From Candidatus Eiseniibacteriota bacterium (lineage in GTDB: Bacteria > Eisenbacteria > RBG-16-71-46 > DASYSL01): a stretch of 25,065 nt of DNA. A model generated the notes under the pieces. That model saw only the letters and a program-made list of their open reading frames with translations. It ran no database searches and was not told the origin of the DNA. Shown here piece after piece: positions 8,361-15,749 of this stretch. The position numbers were made by a program, and so were the translations under genes. The DNA is taken from NCBI GenBank assembly GCA_031431875.1, contig JANPEF010000139.1, positions 1 to 25,065 of the forward strand, written 5' to 3'. How positions within the stretch are numbered: position 1 is the stretch's first letter; every line of letters starts with the position of its first letter.

Positions 8361-9401
8361 CTAGCGGCGCGTCCTCAGGTAGGCCACGAGGGCCGCCACG
8401 TCTTCGTCGCTCATGTCCTGCCTGGTCATCAGTGACCCGGGCTTGAGCGCGGGTGCGTTCCGGATCCAGGCCGTCAGGTTCTCGTCGTCGTTCGGGAACA
8501 TGCCCGCCGCGATCGTCGCGCGGGTCGAGACCTTGCCGAGATTCGGCCCGACCACGCCGTACGAGACGCCGTCGATCATGTGGCAGGCGACGCACTGGCC
8601 CTTCTGGTAGATGGCGAGGCCGCGAGCCGCGAGGCTCGCCGAATCCGGCGGCGCCACCGGCGCCTTCTGCTGCGCCAGCCAGGCGTCGAACTCCTCCTGC
8701 GGCTGGACCACGACCTTGAAGTACATGTTCGCGTGCGATGCGCCGCAGAACTCGGCGCACTGGCCCGGGAACGTGCCGGTCACCTCGGGCGTGAACCACA
8801 GGTGGTTCGTGCGGCCGGGGATCAGGTCCTTCTTGCCAGCGAACGCGGGCACCCAGAACGAGTGGATGACATCGACCGACTCGAGCTCGAAGCTGACCGT
8901 CTTGCCGACCGGCAGGTGCAACTCGTTGGCGGTGATCACACCCTTGCCGGGGTACTGGAACTCCCACCACCACTGGTGGCCGATCACGCGGACCTGGATG
9001 TCGCCCTTGGTGGGCTTCGCGTTGTCGAAGATCACCTTCACGGTGGGGACGGCAATGAACGCCAGGATGATCGCCGGGGCAAGCGTCCAGGCGATCTCGA
9101 GCGTCGTGTTGCCGTGCATGTGGCGGGCCGGCGCCCCGCCCGGACGCTGGCGGAAGCGGGCCACGGTGAGCACCAGCGCGGCCTGCACCACGACGAAGAT
9201 GACGATGACCCAGAGGACGATGCCGTCGAGGACGTCGTCGATCGCGCGGGCCACCTCGGACCGGGGTTCGAGGGTGGTCTGCGGGTAGGTCGACGACTGC
9301 GCCCAGCCGGTCGCCGCATCCCCTGCCGCGAACGCGAGGACGGCCAGGAGGACGAACGCGATCAGGGCGAGCGGAAACGACGGTCGCTTGCTGTCGGCCA
9401 T
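8361..9401 (-). CDS. ctaC: Cytochrome c oxidase subunit II with fused cytochrome c (caa3 type), 346 aa
   Basis: HQWWW, DVIHSFW and CuA motif CAEFCGASHANM. C-terminal heme c site CVACH with distal Met (PGSLM). ATG 9401 lies behind GGAAGGA. Confidence 0.96.
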   Translation of the reverse strand: MADSKRPSFPLALIAFVLLAVLAFAAGDAATGWAQSSTYPQTTLEPRSEVARAIDDVLDGIVLWVIVIFVVVQAALVLTVARFRQRPGGAPARHMHGNTTLEIAWTLAPAIILAFIAVPTVKVIFDNAKPTKGDIQVRVIGHQWWWEFQYPGKGVITANELHLPVGKTVSFELESVDVIHSFWVPAFAGKKDLIPGRTNHLWFTPEVTGTFPGQCAEFCGASHANMYFKVVVQPQEEFDAWLAQQKAPVAPPDSASLAARGLAIYQKGQCVACHMIDGVSYGVVGPNLGKVSTRATIAAGMFPNDDENLTAWIRNAPALKPGSLMTRQDMSDEDVAALVAYLRTRR

Positions 9402-9495
9402 GGTTTTCCTTCCGGGGAGCCGCGGACGGGCGCCGCGCAAAGGCGCCGGGCCCTGCGTGCGGCGGCAATCTTTCAGACGACGTGAAATCGGCGGG

Positions 9496-9524
9496 AACGT
9501 AGCACGGGGTGATTGCCGAGTAAA
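9496..9524 (-). promoter_or_regulatory. Putative sigma70 promoter of the cta operon
   Basis: The minus strand reads TTTACT-17 nt-TACGTT with TG at the extended -10 position, about 95 nt upstream of ctaC. Confidence 0.5.
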
Positions 9525-9689
9525 GATCGGCATGGCAGTTTCTTAGGGCCCGGCTCGAGCGTGCGTCGACCCCTGCGACGCTTCCCTATCCGCGCGGTGG
9601 GAGATGACGCTCGACATGCGCCTGACCGCGCCTCAAACGGGATCCATCCTGGACCCGCCGACCGTTCCCCTCGAAAGGGTCAGCCTCCC

Positions 9690-11780
9690 ATGCGTCGATC
9701 CCATGTCTTTCGCCTCGCCATTCCCCTCGTTGGAGTCGCCCTCATGACCTTCGGAGCCGGGACCGCCTCGCCCGCCACGTATCCGACGACCGTGGAGTGG
9801 GACTGGACTCCCGAGAAGATCCTCGCCACCGGCCAGAAGGTGATGAAGGACTCGGACAAGCAGTACGACGCGATCGCGAAGATGCCCGACAGCAAGCGCA
9901 GCTTCGACAACACCGTGCTCGCGCTCGAGCAGGTCGGCACCGTCGCCGGTGAGCACATCGGACCGGCGCTGTTCATGAAGCACGTCTCCCCCGACGAGAA
10001 GATCCGCGACGCCTCGGACTCGGTCGAGGTGGAGTTCAGCCGCTGGGCGATCAAGACGCAGGCCCGCGAGGACCTCTACGCCGCGCTCAAGGCCGCGGTG
10101 GCGAAGGAGGCCCCGCGCACGCCGATCGAGCAGCGCCTGGTGAAGAAGATGATGCTCGACTTCCAGCTCAACGGGCTCGACCTGCCCACGGAGAGGCGCG
10201 AGAAGGTCACCGCGCTCAAGCAGCAGATCTCGGACATCGGGATCGAGTTCGACAAGAACCTGAGCGAGGCGCAGGACAGCCTGCTGCTGACCCGCGAGGG
10301 CCTCGTCGGCATGCCCGACAGCTACATCGAGCGCCTCGACAAGGCCGCCGACGGCCGCTACAAGGTCACCGTCACGTATCCGGACTTCTACCCGTTCATG
10401 CAGAACTCGACCAACCCGGCCGCGCGCGCCGAGTTGGAGAAGAAGTTCTCGAACCGGGCCGCGAAGCAGAACCTGCCGCTGCTCGCGAAGGCGCTCAGCC
10501 TGCGCCAGGAGCTGGCCGAGACGATGGGCAAGAAGACCTATGCCGAGTACGCGCTGCAGGACCGCATGGCCAAGTCGCCGCAGGAGGTCAACGCGTTCCT
10601 CGACGACCTCGTGGCCAAGCTCAAGCCGTACCGCGACCAGGAGCTGGCGACGTTGTCGGCGCTCAAGCGCGAGAAGGAGGGCCCCGCCGCGGGGCCGGTC
10701 AACATCGCGGACTGGCGCTTCTACGACAACGAACTGAAGAAGACCAAGTACCAGATCGATCCCGAGGAAGTGCGCCAGTACTTCCCGCTCGACGTCGTCA
10801 CCGCCGGCCTGATGGAGACCTACCAGAAGCTGTTCGGCCTCGAGTTCACCGAGGTCAAGCCGGCCAAGGCGTGGCACGAGGACGCCCAGCTGTTCGAGGT
10901 GCGCGACTCCAGGGACCAGCGCCTGGTCGGGCACTTCTACCTCGACCTGTTCCCGCGCCCGAACAAGTTCGGCCATGCCGCGGCGTGGGGCCTGATCGGC
11001 TCGCGTGACATCGACGGCAAGATGCAGACGCCGGTGTCGGCGATGGTCTGCAACTTCACCAAGCCGACGGCCACCGAGCCGTCGCTGCTCACGCACGACG
11101 AGGTCGAGACCTACTTCCACGAGTTCGGCCACGTCATGCACAACATCTGCGGGACGTCCAAGCTCGGCTACTTCAGCGGCACGTCGGTGTACCGCGACTG
11201 GGTCGAGGCGCCTTCGCAGATGCTCGAGAACTGGGTGTGGGATCCGAGCGTGCTCCCGACCCTGTCCGGCAACGTGAAGGATCACTCGAAGAAGCTGCCA
11301 CCCGAGCTGCTGCAACGCATGATCGCCGCGAAGAACCTGGACAACGGCCTGAAGTACTCGCGCCAGGCCTTCTTCGCCAAGACCGACCTGCGCTACCACA
11401 CCGAGCCGACGGCCAACACGACCGACGTCTGGCACGAGGGCATGCGCGACGTCTTCGGCATCGCCGCCTCGCCGGGCACGTCCGAGGAGGGCTCGTTCGG
11501 CCACCTGTTCGGCTACGAGGCCGGCTACTACTCGTACCTGTGGTCGGAGGTGTTCGCCGCCGACATGTTCTCCCGCTTCAGCCGCGAGGGCGTGATGAGC
11601 CCGACGACGGGCCGCGCCTACCGCGACGAGATCCTCGCCCCGGGCGGAAGCGCCGAGCCGATGGACCTGCTGCGCACGTTTCTCGGCCGCGAGCCGAACC
11701 AGGATGCGTTCCTCGAGAACATCGGGGTGCGCCCGCGCGCCGGGGCGACGACGACCGAGCGCCCGGTGGGCACCAACTAG
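9690..11780 (+). CDS. M3A zinc oligopeptidase (thimet oligopeptidase/oligopeptidase A-like) with N-terminal signal peptide, 696 aa
   Basis: FYLDLFPRPNKFGHAA, FHEFGHVMH (HExxH), DWVEAPSQMLENW and YEAGYYSYLWSEV. The N-terminus MRRSHVFRLAIPLVGVALMTFGAGTASPA looks like a Sec signal. Confidence 0.95.
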   Translation: MRRSHVFRLAIPLVGVALMTFGAGTASPATYPTTVEWDWTPEKILATGQKVMKDSDKQYDAIAKMPDSKRSFDNTVLALEQVGTVAGEHIGPALFMKHVSPDEKIRDASDSVEVEFSRWAIKTQAREDLYAALKAAVAKEAPRTPIEQRLVKKMMLDFQLNGLDLPTERREKVTALKQQISDIGIEFDKNLSEAQDSLLLTREGLVGMPDSYIERLDKAADGRYKVTVTYPDFYPFMQNSTNPAARAELEKKFSNRAAKQNLPLLAKALSLRQELAETMGKKTYAEYALQDRMAKSPQEVNAFLDDLVAKLKPYRDQELATLSALKREKEGPAAGPVNIADWRFYDNELKKTKYQIDPEEVRQYFPLDVVTAGLMETYQKLFGLEFTEVKPAKAWHEDAQLFEVRDSRDQRLVGHFYLDLFPRPNKFGHAAAWGLIGSRDIDGKMQTPVSAMVCNFTKPTATEPSLLTHDEVETYFHEFGHVMHNICGTSKLGYFSGTSVYRDWVEAPSQMLENWVWDPSVLPTLSGNVKDHSKKLPPELLQRMIAAKNLDNGLKYSRQAFFAKTDLRYHTEPTANTTDVWHEGMRDVFGIAASPGTSEEGSFGHLFGYEAGYYSYLWSEVFAADMFSRFSREGVMSPTTGRAYRDEILAPGGSAEPMDLLRTFLGREPNQDAFLENIGVRPRAGATTTERPVGTN

Positions 11781-11834
11781 CCGCCGGAGGAGGACACGCC
11801 TTGCGCCCGCTCGGGGCGCAGGTGGAATGCGACG

Positions 11835-11867
11835 AGGCCGCGGGGGTTGTCGCCCCCGCGGCCTTTT
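11835..11867 (+). terminator. Intrinsic terminator after the M3 peptidase
   Basis: AGGCCGCGGGGG-ttgtcg-CCCCCGCGGCCT-TTT, a perfect 12-bp stem. Confidence 0.8.
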
Positions 11868-11903
11868 GTCATCATTGAAGCTCATCCTGGACCGGAGGTC
11901 ATC

Positions 11904-12836
11904 ATGTCGCAGCACCCGTCCCCCCGCACCCTCCTCGGCTTCGGTGCCATTGCGCTCGCCCTCGCCGCCCTGGTCCACGTCCCGGCCACCGCAGGACCCA
12001 CGATCGGCTTCGTCGAGTCGTTCCCCGGCGCCGGCAACTTCGCCGGCTGGGACGGTGGCGCGCTGGAGTCGAATCCCGGCACCGGCGGGGTCGGCGGCGC
12101 TGGAGACGGATTCCTGCAGATCGCGCTCACGGATTTCGCCTCGCGCCTGGGCGCCAAGAACGAGGGCGCGAACTACGTCGGCGACTGGCTTGCCGCCGGC
12201 GCGGACCGCGTGAGATTCTCGCTCAACGACGTCGGCGGGGATCAGGCCTTCGAGATTCACTTTGCGATCGGCAATGTGAACAACTTCTGGCAGTGCAACA
12301 CGGGCTTCATTCCGCCGAACGGATCGTGGAGCGAGTTCACGGTCAACCTGGCCGACTCGGCGAACTTCTCCCAGATCATCTCGTTCGACGGCATGGGCTA
12401 CCGCTTCGCGCTGGCCAACGCCGATCGCGTGCTCATCCGCCACGACAGGGCGCCGTTCGTCCAGCAGCCGGATGCGATCCTCGGCGAGGTGGGCGTCGAT
12501 GACTTCAAGATCGAGAGCACGACCGTCGGCGTCGAGGATGCACCCCTTGCCGGCGGACGCGCGGTGCTGCTCGCGTCGCCGTTCCCGAATCCGACGCGTG
12601 GCGGCGGGGCGACACTGGCGTTCGAGTCGTTCGACGACGCGCCGGTGACGATCGCGATCGTCGATGCGCGCGGGCGCCTCGTGCGGCGCGCCGTGGTTGC
12701 CGGCGCCCCAGGGCACAGGAGCTGGGCGTGGGATGGGCGTGACGATGCAGGCCGGGCCACCGCGGCCGGCGTGTACCGCGTGCGCGCCTGGGGGCCGTCG
12801 GGCGGAACGAGCCGGGCGCTCGTGCGCGTGGACTGA
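11904..12836 (+). CDS. Secreted protein with C-terminal FlgD-Ig/T9SS-like domain, 310 aa
   Basis: RBS GGAGG, signal peptide, beta-rich N-domain, then the tail TTVGVE...PFPNP...IVDARGRLVR...WDGRDDAGRATAAGVYRVR. Confidence 0.85.
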   Translation: MSQHPSPRTLLGFGAIALALAALVHVPATAGPTIGFVESFPGAGNFAGWDGGALESNPGTGGVGGAGDGFLQIALTDFASRLGAKNEGANYVGDWLAAGADRVRFSLNDVGGDQAFEIHFAIGNVNNFWQCNTGFIPPNGSWSEFTVNLADSANFSQIISFDGMGYRFALANADRVLIRHDRAPFVQQPDAILGEVGVDDFKIESTTVGVEDAPLAGGRAVLLASPFPNPTRGGGATLAFESFDDAPVTIAIVDARGRLVRRAVVAGAPGHRSWAWDGRDDAGRATAAGVYRVRAWGPSGGTSRALVRVD

Positions 12837-12839
12837 TCC

Positions 12840-15158
12840 CTAGAGTCCGAAGCGCTCCTTGAACTCGACCTGCTCGCGCGCCGACATCCCCAGCCCGGCG
12901 AAGTCGGGCTGCTGTCCCGCAAGCAGCGCGCGCAGGGCCGCGATCTCCATGCGCGACAGCGACGCGCCCTCCATCTGGAAATCGACGAACGCCTCGTAGA
13001 CGTCCGGCACCCAGCGCCGCGTCAGCTCGGCCAGCGCCTCGGCATAGACGCGGATCTCGTACTGCGCGTGCGCATCGGCCCGCAGCGAGATGAAGCGCAG
13101 CAGGTTGTGCAGGTCGATCTTCCAGTACCACTGCGTGTAGAAACTGACGGGCAGGTTGATGCGGGCCAGCTCGCGGGCGATGCCTTCGGGCGCGGGCGCA
13201 CCGGATGCTTCGAGTTGCTCGCCGGTGGTGTTGGCGGCCGAAATGCCGAGCAGTGCCTCGTAGTGGGCGTAGGCCGTCTCCGCGTCCTCGCGAAGCATGC
13301 GCAGGATCTCGCCCGCGCGGGGACCGGTGACCACATCCCCACGACCCTGGCGATTGGTGTCCGACTGCCCGGCAAGGTTCGAGGAGTCGGGTGTATAGAA
13401 CTCCCGGTCCAGGATCGAGTAGCGGCCGCTGTACTCGTTCACGCTGTTGTGCACGATGAAACCATTCGCCACGAAGTTGTGGTCGGGTCCCTCGACGGAC
13501 AGGTCGAACGTCGCCTGCTCCCCCGCATACTCGATCTTCGCGATCCGAGACCACGAACGGATCAGCTTGCGGGCGGGTGTGGTCGTCTTGGCGATCGGCC
13601 GCGGCTCGGCGTTCGGGTGGAGCGACCAGAACTCGAACAGAGGGGAGCCCGCGCGGACCGCGAAGAGGAGTGCGACTTCGAGATTTCGCGCGTGCAGGCG
13701 ACGGTGGCACGGTGAGCACAGTGAGACGAGGTTGTCTTCGTCCATCCCGCGACCTGGATTGTTCCAGACCGGATCCAGGTGATGGGCGCAGAGTCGCTCC
13801 TGCCCGCCGCACAGCGCGCAGCGGAAGTTGAACCTCTTGTGCGTTCTCGATGCATGTTCGCGGGTCCACCGACCGATGTTCGCTCGTTCGTCGGTGACGC
13901 CGCCCTTCCAGAAGTTCGACTTCTCCCCGCTGCGGGCCGCCCGGATGTTGGCCAGCCACTCCGGCGTAAGGACCACGGGTCGGGCGAAGGTGCGGCGCTG
14001 TCCGCGCTGGCTGAGTCCGGACAGGCGCCCGCGCTCCGCGGTGGAATATTGCAACCCCCACTTCTTCAGGCTCTTGCGGATCGTGTGGGTGCTCATCCCT
14101 GCCTGCACCGCGATTTCCGCGAGATCGAGGCCCTCCGCCCGACGCGCGCGCAGCCAATCGGGATCCCGATGCGGAGGAACCCCATTGATCGCAAAGGCGG
14201 GGCACCCGGCTTCCCGCCAGTTCACGCCACCGCCGTCTCGCAGGCGAAGTCCGGTCGCTTCCTCGAGCGTTCGCCAGCCGTCACTGGTGAGGCAGCGATG
14301 ATCCTCGGTCATGGTCAGCTGCTTGCCGTCCTCGAGTGTCACCTTGAAGACCGGGCGGGTTCCGGTGGACCAGATGTCGGTGATCCGCGTGTGCGTGATC
14401 TCACCGGTCCGCTCATCGCACTGACGAAGCATCGCCCGCTCCAACCGCTTGCGGACGGATACCCGCGCCATCGGAACGGCACGGGCCCATTCGATGTAGG
14501 CGCTCCCCTGGATCCAGATCTGCGGCACCCGCGGATCCGCCTGGGGAATGCGCTTGTGGGCGATCCTGTTCTGGACCGCGTACGTGCGGACGTTCTCCTC
14601 GGTACGCTCGACGAGCCGGGCAAGCTCGGGCACCGAGTACCAGCGCTCCGGGTCGATCCGCTCGATAAACGTCGGCTTCTTCTTCACGATCGGATGGGTC
14701 GAGCCTTCGTGCCATCTCCGGTAAAGATCGGCCAGAGAGCGCGCGTGGCGGGCTCGCCCACCTCGTTTCAGGGCGTTCGGAAGGTCGAAGTAGAGCTTCG
14801 TATCCCCGGTGAGGCACGCGGTCCGATGGCGGATCCACTGGCGCGCCACGAAGATCGGGAGCTTCACGTGGACCTTGAGCTCGCACATCTCGAACGGGGT
14901 CGTGTGCCGGTGGCGGAGCAGGTAGCGGATCAGGCCGCGGTCTTCGCGGGCACGGCGCGTGCCGCGGCCATAAGACACGCGGGCCGCCTGAACGACGGCG
15001 TGATCGTCCCCCATGTAGTCGACGAGGCGGACGAAGCCGTGATCGAGACAGGGAATGTCGACGCCGATCATTTCCTCGATTGCGGGGACGGTCGGACGAC
15101 GTGTCCCGATGGTCGGGAGGTCGGGCGTGGAAGGGTCGTCGGGTGCGGAGCTGGACAT
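12840..15158 (-). CDS. thyX: FAD-dependent thymidylate synthase ThyX precursor containing an intein (772 aa; about 315 aa after splicing)
   Basis: N-extein has VRLVDYMG, AARVSYG, LIRYLLRHRHTTPFE and PIFVARQWIRHRTA. C-extein has SVNEYSGRYS, GIARELARINLP and DLHNLLRFISLRADAHAQYEIR. Joining them restores RHRTASVNEYS (RHRx7S). Confidence 0.96.
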   Translation of the reverse strand: MSSSAPDDPSTPDLPTIGTRRPTVPAIEEMIGVDIPCLDHGFVRLVDYMGDDHAVVQAARVSYGRGTRRAREDRGLIRYLLRHRHTTPFEMCELKVHVKLPIFVARQWIRHRTACLTGDTKLYFDLPNALKRGGRARHARSLADLYRRWHEGSTHPIVKKKPTFIERIDPERWYSVPELARLVERTEENVRTYAVQNRIAHKRIPQADPRVPQIWIQGSAYIEWARAVPMARVSVRKRLERAMLRQCDERTGEITHTRITDIWSTGTRPVFKVTLEDGKQLTMTEDHRCLTSDGWRTLEEATGLRLRDGGGVNWREAGCPAFAINGVPPHRDPDWLRARRAEGLDLAEIAVQAGMSTHTIRKSLKKWGLQYSTAERGRLSGLSQRGQRRTFARPVVLTPEWLANIRAARSGEKSNFWKGGVTDERANIGRWTREHASRTHKRFNFRCALCGGQERLCAHHLDPVWNNPGRGMDEDNLVSLCSPCHRRLHARNLEVALLFAVRAGSPLFEFWSLHPNAEPRPIAKTTTPARKLIRSWSRIAKIEYAGEQATFDLSVEGPDHNFVANGFIVHNSVNEYSGRYSILDREFYTPDSSNLAGQSDTNRQGRGDVVTGPRAGEILRMLREDAETAYAHYEALLGISAANTTGEQLEASGAPAPEGIARELARINLPVSFYTQWYWKIDLHNLLRFISLRADAHAQYEIRVYAEALAELTRRWVPDVYEAFVDFQMEGASLSRMEIAALRALLAGQQPDFAGLGMSAREQVEFKERFGL
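13446..14816 (-). mobile_element. Intein (457 aa) in ThyX with HNH homing endonuclease and HTH modules
   Basis: Block A CLTGDT (Cys1 at 14816), block B LTMTEDHRCLT, block F TFDLSVEGPDHNFVANG, block G FIVHN followed by extein Ser+1. The internal CALC...AHHLDP...DNLVSLCSPCHRRLH is a zinc-binding HNH. Confidence 0.95.
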
Positions 15159-15222
15159 GGGTGAAATCTCTCTGCCGGGGGCGGAGGGAGAGGCGGCACG
15201 CTACGGCTCGTCGACAGGGGCC

Positions 15223-15251
15223 ACAATAGGGGGTGGCAGGGACCGTCTCAA
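15223..15251 (-). promoter_or_regulatory. Putative sigma70 promoter of thyX
   Basis: The minus strand reads TTGAGA-17 nt-TATTGT, ending about 65 nt upstream of the thyX ATG. Confidence 0.55.
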
Positions 15252-15356
15252 GAACGACTTCCGGCGGCGAGCACACCGGCTTGCATGACGCTCGTCGGCG
15301 TGCAAGTCTCGTGCGTCCGCACGCAGTCATGTTCCCCAGCTTGAGGAGACGCGATC

Positions 15357-15749
15357 ATGGCCAAGCAGAGTCCGGACGACCGCGACCAGTCCCGACGGCA
15401 ATTCCTGAAGGGTGTCGCCGGTGCTGCGACCGCGTTGACCCTGGCGAGCGTGATCCGATCGGACGCCCTCTCCGCCGACACGCCTGCCCCCGCCCCTGCC
15501 GAGACCCCGCCGGCCACCCCGCCAACCTACGGCCCCGACTTCTCGATCTGCCACTCGGCCGAGGAGCGCGCCCTGCTCGAGCGCCAGTATGCCAGCGCGC
15601 TCGAGACCGCCCAGACCATCCGCAAGGCGACGCTGCCGCCGGGCATGGATCCTGCCGCGACGTTCGCCGCGCTGCCGAGGCTGGTCTCGGCCACCGTGCC
15701 GCCGCCGACGCCCGCGCCGCAGACTCCGCCGCTGAAGGAAGATCGATGA
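15357..15749 (+). CDS. Small Tat-signal protein, putative amidase partner subunit, 130 aa
   Basis: RBS GAGGAG and SRRQFLK twin-arginine motif with hydrophobic core. Pro-rich linkers flank a short helical segment. The stop codon overlaps the amidase start (ATGA). Confidence 0.8.
   Translation: MAKQSPDDRDQSRRQFLKGVAGAATALTLASVIRSDALSADTPAPAPAETPPATPPTYGPDFSICHSAEERALLERQYASALETAQTIRKATLPPGMDPAATFAALPRLVSATVPPPTPAPQTPPLKEDR

Noticed and set aside
6647..8446. 599-aa plus-strand ORF and 478-aa alternative minus frame over ctaD
   Set aside because: Shadow frames of subunit I, with low-complexity Arg/Gly/Ala-rich translations.
9633..12716. 1027-aa minus-strand ORF
   Set aside because: Antisense to the M3 peptidase and the FlgD-tailed gene, crosses a terminator, and has no recognisable domain.
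12505..15164. Overlapping 566-aa (-) and 461-aa (+) ORFs across thyX; possibility that the insertion is an intron or IS
   Set aside because: The insertion is in frame with complete protein-splicing motifs. I saw no terminal repeats, transposase or reverse transcriptase, and the other frames are shadows.
15278..15308. Imperfect hairpin GGCTTGCAT...GTGCAAGTC upstream of the Tat gene as a riboswitch
   Set aside because: A single short stem with no recognisable aptamer consensus or expression platform.
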